A stretch of 63,351 bases of DNA, the filler included, from Chiloscyllium plagiosum (lineage: Eukaryota), in NCBI RefSeq assembly GCF_004010195.1. It is 3 parts of one record of this genome, joined end to end, with 100 filler letters (N's around TTAATTAATTAA, not from the genome) between each part and the next. Parts side by side here need not be neighbours in the genome. Positions count along the whole stretch, not along the records: positions 1 to 13,640 come from NC_057717.1; positions 13,741 to 43,904 come from NC_057717.1; 1 more part is not named here. One strand, 5' to 3'. Within the stretch, counting starts at the first letter, position 1. Each line of letters begins with the position of its first letter. Under the pieces are notes generated by a model, which did not search any database, was not told where the DNA came from, and saw only the letters and a program-made list of their open reading frames with translations. This document shows, in pieces, positions 9,875 through 22,600 of this stretch. A program made the translations under genes and the position numbers.

Positions 9875-12351
9875 NNNNNNNNNNNNNNNNNNNNNNNNNN
9901 NNNNNNNNNNNNNNNNNNNNNNNNNNNNNNNNNNNNNNNNNNNNNNNNNNNNNNNNNNNNNNNNNNNNNNNNNNNNNNNNNNNNNNNNNNNNNNNNNNNN
10001 NNNNNNNNNNNNNNNNNNNNNNNNNNNNNNNNNNNNNNNNNNNNNNNNNNNNNNNNNNNNNNNNNNNNNNNNNNNNNNNNNNNNNNNNNNNNNNNNNNNN
10101 NNNNNNNNNNNNNNNNNNNNNNNNNNNNNNNNNNNNNNNNNNNNNNNNNNNNNNNNNNNNNNNNNNNNNNNNNNNNNNNNNNNNNNNNNNNNNNNNNNNN
10201 NNNNNNNNNNNNNNNNNNNNNNNNNNNNNNNNNNNNNNNNNNNNNNNNNNNNNNNNNNNNNNNNNNNNNNNNNNNNNNNNNNNNNNNNNNNNNNNNNNNN
10301 NNNNNNNNNNNNNNNNNNNNNNNNNNNNNNNNNNNNNNNNNNNNNNNNNNNNNNNNNNNNNNNNNNNNNNNNNNCTGGGGTCGGTGTGGGTCAGGTTGGT
10401 AGCGGTGTTAGACGGTGTGGGAGTCAGGCTGGGGGCAGTGAGGGTCAGGCTGGAGCTGGTGTGTGGACAGTGTTGAGGTTCAGCCTGAAGGCCATGTGTG
10501 GATGACAGTGAGAGTCAGGCTGTGGGCCGTGATTAACGACGGGGGGGGGGGGGGGGGGGGGGCGGGGGGGGTGTGGGGGGGGGGGGGAGGGTCAGGCTGG
10601 GGCCGGTGTTGGATGGGGTGAGGGTCAGTCTGCGGACGGTGTGTGGATGGTGGTGAGGGTCAGGCTGGGGAGTTGTTGGATGGTGGTGAGGGTCAGTCTG
10701 TTGGCAGTGAGGGTCAGGCTGGTAATGTTGGACTGAGGTGAGGGTGAGGCTGGGGTCGGAGTGTGGACGTTGGTGAGGGTGAGGCTTGGTGCAGTGCGTA
10801 GATGTTGGTGATGGTCAGAATGGGGGCGGTGTGTGGACGGTGGTGAGGGTCTAACTGGGTGCGGTGCATGGACCTCGGTGAGAGTCAGGCTGGGGGTGGT
10901 GTTTAACAGTGGTGAGTGACAGGCTGGGGGCGTTGTGTGAGAAGGCGGTGAGGGTCAGATTAGCGGTGGTGTGTGGGTGGCAGTGAGGGTCAGGCTGGGG
11001 GCAGTGTGTGGACGGCAGTGAGAGTCAGGCTGTGGGCGGTGTGTGGATGGCAGTGATGGCCTGGCTGTGGGCGGTGTGTGGATGGCAGTGATGGCCAGAC
11101 TGGGGGCGGTGTGTGGATTGCAGTGATGGTCAGGTTAGGGGCGGCTTGTGGATGGCGGTGAGGGTCAGGCTGGGGGCGGTGTGTGCACGGCAGTGAGGGT
11201 CAGGCTGGGGGTGGTGTGTGGACAGCGGTGACGGTCAGGCTGTGGGCAGTGTGTGGACGGCAGTGAGGGTCAGGCTGGGGGCACTGGGTGGACGGCAGTG
11301 ATGGCCAGGCTGGGGGCGGTGTGTGGATTGCAGTGATGGCCAGGCTGTGGGCGGTATGTGGATTGCAGTGATGGTCAGGTTAGGGGCAGTGTGTGAACAG
11401 CGGTGATGGTCAGGCTGTGGGCAGTGTGTGGACGGCGGTGAGGGTCAGGCTGGGGGCAGTGTGTGGACGGCAGTGATGGCCAGGCTGGGGACGGTGTGTG
11501 GATTGCAGTGATGGTCAGGTTGGGGGCGTCTTGTGGACGGCGGTGAGGGTCAGGCTGGGGGCGGCTTTTGGACAGCGGTGAGGGTCAGGCTGGGGGCGGT
11601 GTGTGGACGGCAGTAATGGCCAGGCTGGGGGAGGTGTGTGGATTCCAGTGATGGTCGGGTTAGGGGCAGTATGTGGACGGCGGTGAGGGTCAGGCTGGCG
11701 GCAGTGTGTGGACAGCGGTGAGTGCCAGGCTGGCGGCAGTGTGTGGATGCAGTGAGGGTCAGGCTGGGGGCGGTGTGTGGACGGCAGTGAGGGTCAGGCT
11801 GGGGGCGGTGTGTGGATTGCAGTGATGGCCAGGCTGGGGGTGGTGTTGAATGTTGGTGAGATTCAGACTGGGGGCGGTATGTGAACGGCGGTAGGGTTCA
11901 GGCTAGGGGCGGTGTGTCGACATCAGTGAGGTAAAGGCTGGGGGCGATATTGAATGGCTGTGAGCATCAGTCTGGGAGCGGCAGTGAGGGTCAAGATGGG
12001 AGCAATTTGCGGCCGTTGGTGAGGCTCAGGCTGAGGGCGGTGTTGAACGGTGGTGAGGGTCAGGCTGGGAGCAATGTTGAACGATGGTGAGGGTCAGGCT
12101 GGGGGTGGGGCTGGGGGTGGCGTTTGAGCGGCGGTGAGGGCCAGTCTGGGGATGATGTGTGGACGGCAGTGAGGGTCAGGCTGGTGGCAATGTGTTGATG
12201 GCAGTGAGTGTCATGCTGGGAGCGAAGTTGAACAGCAGTGAGGGTCAGGCTTGGGGCGGTGTTGAACGATGGTGAGGGTCAGGCTGGGGATGGTGTGTTT
12301 GTATCAGTGATGGTCAGGCTGGGGGCAGAGTGTGGATGGCAGTGAGGGTCA

Positions 12352-12566
12352 AAATCTTCGAGGAGAAAGTGAGGACTGCAGATGCTGGAGATCAGAGCTG
12401 AAAATGTGTTGCCGGAAAAGCGCAGCAGGTCAGGCAGCATCCAGTGAACAAGTGAATCGACGTTTCGGATATAAGTCTTTCTTCAGGAATGAGGGCTTAT
12501 GCCCAAAACTCTCCTGTTCCCTGGATGCTGTCTGACCTGCTGCACTTTTCCAGCCACACATTTTCG
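12352..12566. mobile_element. Second copy of the palindromic Penelope-like element, inside the minisatellite
   Basis: Closely similar to 2135-2329 (GAGAAAGTGAGGACTGCAGATGCTGGAGATCAGAGCTGAAAATG...GACGTTTCGG...TTCAGGAAT) with a mirrored right arm. Confidence 0.85.
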
Positions 12567-13640
12567 GCAGTGAGGGCTAGTTTGGGAGTGGCATGTGGGC
12601 AGCGGTGAGGGACAGGCTGGGGCCAGTGTGAGAAAACAGCGGTGAGGTTCAGACTGGGGGTGGAGTGTGGATGGCAGTGAGGTTCAGTCTAGGGGCGGTG
12701 TCTGGATGTTGGTGAGGGTCAGGCTTTGGGCGGTGTGGGTCAGGCTGGGGCGATGTGTGGACAGCGGTGAGGGTCAGGCTGGGGGCAGTGATGAGTGGCG
12801 GTCAGGGTCAGGTAGGGTGCGACGATTTGGGTCAGGCTAGGGGCCATGTGTAAAAGTTGGTGAGGTTCAGTCTGGGGCGGTTTTGAATGGCAGTGAGGGT
12901 CAGGCTGGAGGCAGCGAGTGGTTGGTGGTGAAGGTCAGGCTGGGGGCGGTGTGTGGACGGCGGTGAGGGTCAGGCTGGCGGCGGTGTGATGATGGTGGTG
13001 AGGGTCAGGCTCGGAGCGATGTTGAATGGCGGTGAGTGTCATGCTGGGGTCGGTGTCTGGACGGTGGTGAGGGTCAGGCTGGGGTCATTGTGGGTCAGGT
13101 TGGGGGCGGTGTTGGACGGTTTTGGAAGTCAGGCTGGGGGCGGTGAGTGGACAGTGTTGAGGTTCAGGCTGCGGGTGGTATGTGGACGGCGGTGGTGTTC
13201 AAGCTGGAGGCGGTGTTTGGACGGCGGTGGGGTTCAAGCTGGAGGTGGTGTGTGGATGGCGTTGAGCATCATGCTGGGGGCGGTGCGTGAACGGCAGTGA
13301 GGGTCAGGCTTGGGGTGGTGTGTGGCTGGCTGAGAGGGTCAGGCTTGGGGCGGTGTGTGGCTGGCTGAGAGGGTCAGGCTGGGGGCCGTGTGTGGCTGGC
13401 TGAGAGGGTCAGGCTGGGGGCGGTGTGTGAACCGCAGTGAGGGTCAGGCTGGGGGCGGTGTGTGGCTGAATGAGAGGGTCAGGCTGGGGGTGGCGTGTGG
13501 CTGGCTGAGAGGGTCAGGCTGGGGATGGTGTGTGAACGGCAGTGAGGGTCAGGCTGGGGGTGGCGTGTGGGAGGCAGTGAGGGTCAGGCTTGTGACGGTG
13601 TGTGGGACAGAGTGAGGGTCAGGCTGGGGGCGGTGTGTGG

Positions 13641-13740
13641 NNNNNNNNNNNNNNNNNNNNNNNNNNNNNNNNNNNNNNNNNNNNTTAATTAATTAANNNN
13701 NNNNNNNNNNNNNNNNNNNNNNNNNNNNNNNNNNNNNNNN
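13641..13740. other. Artificial scaffold spacer N44-TTAATTAATTAA-N44
   Basis: Exactly 100-bp gap with a six-frame-stop 12-mer at 13685-13696. Confidence 0.9.
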
Positions 13741-13851
13741 TTTGCTCTACGCCCATGCCTTCAGGTCCTTGGCTCTCCTGCCAGTGCAAACGTCCTCCCA
13801 AAGTCCTTTGTGTCCGGGCTATTCAGTATTCTGTGAGTTTCAATCAGATGC

Positions 13852-14038
13852 TTTCCTCAAGAAAGGAAACAGGAAAATCCCCGGCAATTACAGACCAGTC
13901 AGTCTCACGTCTGTCGTCTGCAAGCTGTTAGAAATTATTCTGAGGGTTAGTATTTATGACCATCTGGAAGAGCATGGCGTGATTAAAGGCAGTCATGCCT
14001 CACAAAGCGTATTGAGTTCATTGAGGATGTGACTAGAC
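13852..14038 (+). mobile_element. CR1 RT fragment
   Basis: FLKKGNRKIPGNYRPVSLTSVVCKLLEIILRVSIYDHLEEHGVIK. Confidence 0.9.
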
Positions 14039-17000
14039 ACGGTGGTGAGGGTCAGGATGGGGGTAATGTGAAGGCGGTGGTACGGGTCAGGATGGGGGTG
14101 GTATGTGCACGGCGGTGAGGGTCAGGCTGCGGGCGGTGTGTGGACAGTGGTGAGGGTCAGGCTGGGGGTGGTGTGTGGACGGTGGTGTGTGTCAGGCTGG
14201 GGGGCAGCGTGTGGACGTCACTGTGGGTCACGCTGCAAATAGCGGTGAGGGTCAGGCTTGAAGCGGTGTTGAACGGCAGTGAGGATCAGGCTGGGGGCGG
14301 TGAGGGTCAGGCTAGGGGCGTGTTGAATGGCGGTGAGGGTCAGGCTGGGTGCAGCGGTGAGGGTCAGGATGGTGGCGGTGTTTGGGTAGCAGTGAGGGTT
14401 AAACTGGGGGTGGTGTGTAGACAGCAGTGAGGGTCAGGCTGGGGGTGGTGTGTGGACAGTGGTGTGTTTCAGGCTTGGGTCGGTGTGTCGATGTCGCTGT
14501 GGTTCACGCTGCGAGCTGCAGTGAGGGTCAGGCTGGGGACGGTGAAGGTCAGGCTAGGGGCGGTGTTGAACGGTGATGAGGGTCAGGCTGGATGTTGTTG
14601 TGGGCAGCGGTGAGGGTCAGGCTGGGGGTGGTGTTGAGGGCCAGACTGCGGGTGGTGTGTTGGCGCAGTGAGGGTCAGGCTGGCGATGGTGTTGGACGGC
14701 GGTGAGGGTGAGGCTCGGGGCAGTGTTTGGAGGGCACTGTTGGTCAGGCTGGGGTGGCGTGTGGCAGGTAGTGAGGGTCAGGCTGGGGGCATTGTGTGGG
14801 CAGCAGTGAGGATCAGGTTGGGGGCAGTGTTGAACGGTGGTGAGGGTCAGGCTTGGGGCGGTGTGTGGGTGGCAGTGAGGGTTATGCTGGAGGTGGTGTG
14901 TGGACTGCAATGAGGGTCAGGTTGGGGGCGGAGTATGGATGGCAGTGAGGGTCAGGCTGTGGACGGTGTGATGACAGTGGTGAGGGTCACGCTGGGGGTG
15001 GAGTATGGATGGCAGTGAGGGTCAGGCTGTGGAAGGTGTGATGACAGTGGTGAGGGTCAGGTTGGGGGCGGAGTATGGATGGCAGTGAGGGTCAGGCTGT
15101 GGACGGTGTGATGACAGTGGTGAGGGTCAGGCTGGGGGTGGTGTGTGGATGGCTGGGTGGGTCAGACTGCGGACGGTGTGTGTTGACAGTGGTGAGGGTC
15201 AGGCTGGGGGTGGAGTATGGATGGCAGTGAGGGTCAGGCTGTGGAAGGTGTGATGACAGTGGTGAGGGTCAGGCTGGGGGTGGAGTATGGATGGCAGTGA
15301 GGGTCCGTCTGTGGACGGTGTGATGATAGTGGTGAGGGTCAGGCTGGGGTGGTGTGTGGATGGCAGTGAGGGTCAGGCTGTGGACGGTGTATAATGACAA
15401 TGGTGAGGGTCAGGCTGGGGGTGGTGTGTGGATGGCAGTGAGGGCCAGGCTGTGGAAGGTGTGATGACAGTAGTGAGGGTCAGGCTGGGGGTGGAGTATG
15501 GATGGCAGTGAGGGTCCGGCTGTGGACGGTGTGATGACAGTGGTGAGGGTCAAGCTGGGGGTGGTGTGTGGATGGCAGTGAGGGTCAGGCTGTGGACGGT
15601 GTGATGACAGTGGTGAAGGTCAGGTTGGGGGTGGAGTATGGATGGCAGTGAGGGCCAGGCTGTGGAAGGTGTGATGACAGTGGTGAGGGTCAGGCTGGGG
15701 GTGGTGTGTGGATGGCTGGGAGGGTCAGCCCTCACTGGCAAGATCCCAGTCCCAAAATTACAGAAAGTTTGCATTTCAGATGGAGTCCTTTCTGCCCATT
15801 CTCCTATCCCCCATTAAATGATCTTGGTCCTGTTCAGGATCCTCAGGATTGGCCCCTAAATGGCGTCACTGGCTATCCTTTCTGTGGAGAGCTCTTCTCT
15901 GTCCTGTCTCAGACTTTGCTTCTCATACTATCCCTCCCTCAATTTTTCTCTCTCTCTCTAACAACAGACTCTCCTTTCTCCACAAATCCCAAAACCCCAT
16001 CAAACACTCCACCTGTCTCTGGCTGTCCCATTCCCTCCGTGTCTCCCATTCTCCCCGTTCCCATGTAGACCCACAGTTTTTGGGCTGGAGGACATGGTGC
16101 AGTGTCTAACATAGCAAGATCCCACTCTGCAACCATTCCCCAGCCACACACACTGTCGTTCTCCCTCCATATGTTTCCTTCTTCCTCTCCCTGTCTCTCT
16201 CACTCTGTCCTTCTCTCACTCTCTCCGTCTCCCTGTCTCTCATTGCCCACCTCTCTCTTTCTCCACTTTCTTAGCCCCACACTCTCCATGTCTCTTTCTC
16301 TCTTTTTGTCAGCTTCCCGTTCTCTTTGGTTGATTTCAGACTCAATGAGAAAAGTAATTTATGTCTCTTACACTCACCCCTCCCCACAGTCGGGGTAAAC
16401 CCGGAAGAGACCAGGAAACGGTTGATCCCCCGCATTAACTGTACTGCATCCAGCGACAGAGAGACAAACTCTTCCCAATGTCCCTTCCCCAGTCACTGGG
16501 ACAGAGCAGAGGGGTCCAGGGAGAACGAGAGATGGACGGACAGACAGTGGGAGGGAGGGAGAGAACAAGAGAAAGACTGGCAGACAGAGGGAGGGAGAGA
16601 AAGTGAGAAGAACTGAAAGAGAGCAGGAGAGAGGCAGAGAGCGAAAGGGAGAGAGAAAGAGTAAAACCCCAGGAAGAGAAATACAATGTCAGACAGATAC
16701 AAGGTGAAAAAGGGGAGCAAAGCCAGGGAGAGAAGGTCAGATAGACAGCAGGAGAGAAAACCCAGGGAGAGACATAGGACAGAGAGAGAGAGAGGAGTTG
16801 CAGCAGCAGAGAGATAGCGCTGAGAGAATTAGGTGGTGGTGGTGGGGTGGTCTGCTGCGATGCGGCGAGAAAGATGTACAGACAAGAATAGCAAGATCCC
16901 ACAGAGCTGAGAGAAAGATGCAGAGAGAGATGAGCAAGGTGTTGGTTTTGTGGAAGATTGAATGATTAAGCATTCCTGAAAAACATGATGGGGTGACAAA

Positions 17001-17269
17001 GTGGCAGAGTGTTGTAGGAAGGGAATCTACAGAGAAATGTCAACAGGGCAGAGATGTGAAGAATGTTGAGAGATAGGAATTGAATGAAAGATGTGGGAGA
17101 GACTGCTGGGAACACAGAAATAGACATGAGAGCTCTCATGGGAGTGGCAAGCAGTGATATCGGTGGGATCAGACTGTGCAGCTGCCCCCTCCCTAGCATT
17201 TTTCACCTTTGTCTCTCCTCAGTGTAGAGCTCGCCCCTTGTGGTAAAATTACCAGAAACAGCCTGAATT

Positions 17270-18450
17270 CGTGTGTGTGTGTGTGTGTGTACATCCGTGT
17301 CTCTGTGTGTGTGCATGTGTGTGAGCGTGTACGTGTGTGTCTCTGCGTGTCTGTGTATGTGTGAGCGTGTGTGTGTGTACGTGTGTACGTGTGTGCGTGT
17401 ATGTGTGTGTATATATACATCCGTGTCTCTGTGTGTGTGCATGTGTGTGAGCGTGTACGTGAGTGTCTCTGTGTGTCTGTGTATGTGTGTGCGTGTGTGT
17501 TTACGTGTCTGTGTGTGTGTATGTGTGTGTGTACGTGTATGTGTACGTGTGTGTGTGCGTGTACGTGTGTGTGTACGTATGTGTGTGTGTACGTGTGTTT
17601 GTGTGTGTACGAGTGTGCGAGCGTGTGTACATGTATGTGTGTACGTGTGTGTGTGTACGTGTGTATAAATGTGTGCGCGCATGTGTACGTGTATGTGTGT
17701 ATGTGTGTGCGTGTACGTGCGTGTGTGTGCATGTGTGTGTGTATACGTGCATGTATGCGTGTACGCGTGTGTGTGCGTGTACGCGTGTGCGTGTGCGTGC
17801 GTGTGTGTACGTGTGTGTATGTGTGTGTACGTGTGTGCGTGTACGTGTCCGTGTGTGTGTGCGTGTACGTGCGCGTGTGTGTACGTTTATGTGTGTATAC
17901 GTGTGTGTGCGCGTGTGTGTGTGTATACATCAATGTCTCTGTGTGTGTGCATGCGTGTGAGCGTGTATGTGTGTGTCTGTGTATGTGTGTGTGTGTTGTG
18001 TGTACATGTGTGTGTGTGCGCGCGTGTGTGTACGTGTATCTGCGTGCATGTGTGTGTGTACGTGTGCGTGTGTGTACATGTGCGTGTACCTGTGTGTGTG
18101 TACGTGTGTGTGCGTGTGTACGTGTGTGTACGTGTGTGCGTGCATGTGTACATGTATGTGTGTACGTGTGTGTACGTGTGTGCGTGTTCGTGTGTGTGCG
18201 TGCGTGTGTGTGTGTATGTGCGTGTGTGCGTGTACATGTTTTTGTCTGCGGGCGTGTCTGTGTACGTGTATGTGTGTACGTGTATTTGTGTGCGTGTACG
18301 TGTGTGCGTGTACGTGTGTGTGTATACGTGTGTGCGTACATGTGTGTGTACGTGTGCGCATGTACGTGTGTGTGTGTATATGTGTGTGTGTGCGCGTACG
18401 TGTGTGTGTGTGTGCGTGTACATGTGTGTGCGTGTACATGTGTGTGTTCA
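17270..18450. repeat. 1.2-kb alternating purine-pyrimidine (TG/CG/TA) compound microsatellite
   Basis: Almost uninterrupted GTGTGTACGTGTGCGT-type sequence. Confidence 0.95.
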
Positions 18451-18554
18451 CTCTCTCTGGTTCCAGTTCCTGTCTGATGATTCCTCACGGTAGAATAATT
18501 TGATTCTCTCAGTCTTAATACTGTCCTGGTCTCAGCTCCCAAATCAAATGTTGA

Positions 18555-18632
18555 ATCCTATTGAATAGCAGGGCAGGCTCAAAGGGCTGGATGGTCTCCT
18601 CCTGTTCCTATTTCAGATGGTCTTATGTTCTT
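18555..18632 (+). mobile_element. CR1 3' terminal fragment
   Basis: TTGAATAGCAGGGCAGGCTCAAAGGGCTGGATGGTCTCCTCCTGTTCCTAT...TTATGTTCTT resembles the CR1 3' end and tail. Confidence 0.7.
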
Positions 18633-19079
18633 AATGCTACCTCCCAGCTCTTGGCCCCCACACTGGAGGTTATGACGACATAAGGGACTGATCTGAAGAC
18701 GGCTGCCCTCTTCCATGAGTCTCGGAGGGAACCAGCCTGATTTGGATTGGAGTTACAGCCTCTCAGTGAGAAGTGAAATCTCCTTGAGGTTCCCCTCAGT
18801 CTCTCACTGTAAGGTGGAGCAGGCCAGTCTCAGAGAAGCAAACAGCAGGACAGATGTGCTCTGTCCTCCAGCTCTATTTCAGAAGGCCACATGGGAGGGG
18901 CTTGTTTCATCCATCAGCTTCCCGTGCTCTCCCTTCTGGGTTAGGATGGGGGCCGAATGGCCTTGCTCCTGGCTCGTATTGAGGTGCAAGCTGGCTATGA
19001 TTGGGTTATAGAGGGCATGCCCCTGGAGTGAAGACAGTTAGCTTAATTGGCTGGGCAGTTAGCTTAACACACTAGCTAG

Positions 19080-19215
19080 AGTTACTCTGAAGGACTCTCC
19101 TACCCAACCTCTCCCCTCAGCTGGGCCATGGTGACCCTCTGATTAAATCCCCACCAGACACCGCTCTCTCATGAGGAGCTGCCCCATGCTCTGGTAAGAC
19201 TATGGTGACATTACA
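19080..19215 (+). repeat. Unclassified interspersed repeat
   Basis: GGTGACCCTC...CCACCAG...CTGGTAAGACTATGGTGAC; related copies at about 27490-27600 (-), 33395-33520 (-), 44545-44670 (+) and 56445-56570 (-). Confidence 0.5.
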
Positions 19216-19447
19216 TTGGTTTGTACCTGGAGCGCTGTGTGCAGGACTAGTCACTGCACTGCCAGAGGGATGTTAATGTGTGGGGAAGGTTTACTGGATA
19301 AATCCCCATGGGAATGAGCAGCACTCTCTTTCCCCCAGTTACGTCACTCTTGCAGCTTTTGTGTGTTTGGAGACACGAGGGCCAATTCACCTGAAACAGC
19401 AGCTGGATTTTATATTCATGGGCACCTGATAAGATTGGCTAGTTTGC

Positions 19448-20310
19448 ACGCGCTCTCTCACACGCACACACACACACATACACACATACACACACACGCT
19501 CCCTCAAACACACACAGACGCACTCTCACACATACTTACACACAGGCACAACTCTCTCTCACACACACATACACACTTTCCCTCAAACACACACAGACAC
19601 ACTCTCTCACACACATACACACACACAGACACACTCTCACATACATACACACAGGCACAACTCTCTCTCTCACACACATACACAAGCACACACTTTCTTT
19701 CTCACACACATACACGCACAGACATACGCTCCCTTAAATACACACATGCACACGCTCTCTCACACATACACGCAGACACACTCTCTCTCTCACAGAAACA
19801 CTCTCTCTCACACTCACAGACACTCTCTCTCATGCACACACAGACACACACTCTCTCTCACACAGACACACACACTCTCTCACACACACACATAAACANN
19901 NNNNNNNNNNNNNNNNNNNNNNNNNNNNNNNNNNNNNNNNNNNNNNNNNNNNNNNNNNNNNNNNNNNNNNNNNNNNNNNNNNNNNNNNNNNNNNNNNNNN
20001 NNNNNNNNNNNNNNNNNNNNNNNNNNNNNNNNNNNNNNNNNNNNNNNNNNNNACACTCTCACACACACACACCATCACCCTCACAGACATGCACACACAG
20101 ACATACACACCGTCAAACACACACACACAGACACACACTCCCACATAAACACACATTTTGTCTCTCACTCTCTCACGCACACACATACAGACACACAGAG
20201 ATACACATGCATCCACTCTTCCACACACACAAACACGGACAGTCTCTCTGTCTCTCTCTGTTTCTCTCTCTCTCTCCCTCTCTCTCTCTCTCACACAGAC
20301 ACACACACAC
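19448..20310. repeat. (CA)n/(CT)n compound microsatellite spanning a gap
   Basis: Direct reading. Confidence 0.9.
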
Positions 20311-20699
20311 AGAGGGCTGTAAAGGCATGGTTGAGGTTTTGATGGAGAAATGATTTTTCCTAGGACTGAACCATGATCTCACATGATGACTGCTCCAGGG
20401 AGACAGACAGCAGCTAAAGATGACTTGTTGGATCTTGTGTGCACCACCTCTTGCATCGACAGCGTTAGTCTGTTTGGGTGCCTGCTTTTCTAAAGCGTCT
20501 CCAAGCAACAAGTGACAATAGATTGATGAATGTTTTCACCCAAACCATGTTTCAGACACATGCTGCTGTTATTTTTCACTGATTGTTTAAAAAGATCTGA
20601 ATGTTCTGAAATGGTGAGTGGCTTCCATTTCAAATTACAACACCAGAGTGCCTCGGGGAATTGCATCTGTTCCTTTCTACCCTCTGCACTCTGTACCGC

Positions 20700-21141
20700 C
20701 AGATAATTCTCCCTCAGTACCTCAGAACGTGCTCCCTCAATACATCAGATAGTGTTCCCTCAATACCTCAGAAAGTGCTCCCTCAATTCCTCAGAGAATG
20801 CTCCCTCAGTACCTCAGATAGTGTTCCCTCAATAGCTCAGAAAGTGCTCCCTCAATACCTCAGAAAGGGCTCTCTCAATACCTCACAACTTGCTTCCTCA
20901 GTACCTCAGATAATTCTCCCTCAATACCTCAGAACGTGTTCCCTCAATACATCAGATAGTGTTCCCTCAATACCTCAGAAAGTGCTCCCTCAATTCCTCA
21001 GAGAGTGCTCCCTCAGTACCTCAGATAGTGCTCCCTCAATAGCTCAGAAAGTGCTCCCTCAATACCTCAGAAAGTGCTCTCTCAATACCTCACAACTTGC
21101 TTCCTCAGTACCTCAGATAATTCTCCCTCAATACCTCAGAA
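20700..21141 (+). repeat. 23-bp minisatellite (GTGCTCCCTCAATACCTCAGAAA) with 207-bp 9-mer higher-order repeat
   Basis: Variant CAGATAATTCTCCC recurs at 20700, 20907 and 21114 (207-bp steps). Confidence 0.9.
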
Positions 21142-21845
21142 NNNNNNNNNNNNNNNNNNNNNNNNNNNNNNNNNNNNNNNNNNNNNNNNNNNNNNNNNNN
21201 NNNNNNNNNNNNNNNNNNNNNNNNNNNNNNNNNNNNNNNNNNNNNNNNNNNNNNNNNNNNNNNNNNNNNNNNNNNNNNNNNNNNNNNNNNNNNNNNNNNN
21301 NNNNNNNNNNNNNNNNNNNNNNNNNNNNNNNNNNNNNNNNNNNNNNNNNNNNNNNNNNNNNNNNNNNNNNNNNNNNNNNNNNNNNNNNNNNNNNNNNNNN
21401 NNNNNNNNNNNNNNNNNNNNNNNNNNNNNNNNNNNNNNNNNNNNNNNNNNNNNNNNNNNNNNNNNNNNNNNNNNNNNNNNNNNNNNNNNNNNNNNNNNNN
21501 NNNNNNNNNNNNNNNNNNNNNNNNNNNNNNNNNNNNNNNNNNNNNNNNNNNNNNNNNNNNNNNNNNNNNNNNNNNNNNNNNNNNNNNNNNNNNNNNNNNN
21601 NNNNNNNNNNNNNNNNNNNNNNNNNNNNNNNNNNNNNNNNNNNNNNNNNNNNNNNNNNNNNNNNNNNNNNNNNNNNNNNNNNNNNNNNNNNNNNNNNNNN
21701 NNNNNNNNNNNNNNNNNNNNNNNNNNNNNNNNNNNNNNNNNNNNNNNNNNNNNNNNNNNNNNNNNNNNNNNNNNNNNNNNNNNNNNNNNNNNNNNNNNNN
21801 NNNNNNNNNNNNNNNNNNNNNNNNNNNNNNNNNNNNNNNNNNNNN

Positions 21846-21877
21846 TCTCTCTCTCTCTCTGTTTCTCTCTCTCTCTC

Positions 21878-21914
<37 letters not shown>

Positions 21915-22600
21915 GACACACACACACAGAGGGCTGTAAAGGCATGGTTGAGGTTTTGATGGAGAAATGATTTTTCCTAGGACTGAACCATGATCTCACA
22001 TGATGACTGCTCCAGGGAGACAGACAGCAGCTAAAGATGACTTGTTGGATCTTGTGTGCACCACCTCTTGCATCGACAGCGTTAGTCTGTTTGGGTGCCT
22101 GCTTTTCTAAAGCGTCTCCAAGCAACAAGTGACAATAGATTGATGAATGTTTTCACCCAAACCATGTTTCAGACACATGCTGCTGTTATTTTTCACTGAT
22201 TGTTTAAAAAGATCTGAATGTTCTGAAATGGTGAGTGGCTTCCATTTCAAATTATAACACCAGAGTGCCTCGGGGAATTGCATCTGTTCCTTTCTACCCT
22301 CTGCACTCTGTACCGCCAGATAATTCTCCCTCAGTACCTCAGAACGTGCTCCCTCAATACATCAGATAGTTCTCCCTCAACACCTCAGAAAGTGCTCCCT
22401 CAATTCCTCAGAGAGTGCTCCCTCAGTACCTCAGATAGTGCTCCCTCAATAGCTCAGAAAGTGCTCCCTCAATACCTCAGAAAGTGCTCTCTCAATACCT
22501 CACAACTTGCTTCCTCAGTACCTCAGATAATTCTCCCTCAATACCTCAGAAAGTGCTCCCTCAATACCTCAGATAGTGCTCTCTCAATACCTCAGAAAGC
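21846..22600 (+). repeat. Near-identical direct duplicate of about 20250-21141, with a shorter 23-bp array at 22317-22600
   Basis: 20311-20700 and 21928-22317 match almost base for base on either side of an N gap. Confidence 0.9.

Larger units (their letters stand above)
10375..15731 (+). repeat. 35-bp G-rich minisatellite (GGCAGTGAGGGTCAGGCTGGGGGCGGTGTGTGGAC)
   Basis: Well over 100 degenerate units; poly-G tract about 10541-10590; 70-bp dimer higher-order repeat at 14910-15720 (GAGTATGGAT at 14931, 15001, 15071). Confidence 0.95.

Noticed and set aside
13685..13696. TTAATTAATTAA islands within N runs (also 43949-43960)
   Set aside because: Artificial six-frame-stop spacer centred in exactly 100-bp gaps; not biological.
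12953..14913. Gly/Val-rich ORFs (GEGQAGGGVW, VRVRLGAV), also at 35-43 kb and 58-63 kb
   Set aside because: Translations of the 35-bp minisatellite.
17193..18542. 449-aa His/Thr-rich and overlapping Cys/Val-rich ORFs
   Set aside because: Translations of a dinucleotide microsatellite.
20363..20463. Possible plus-strand exon (TTTTTCCTAG...C|GTTAGT)
   Set aside because: All three frames from the acceptor hit stops; the internal-ATG peptide is unrecognisable and no partner exons are seen.
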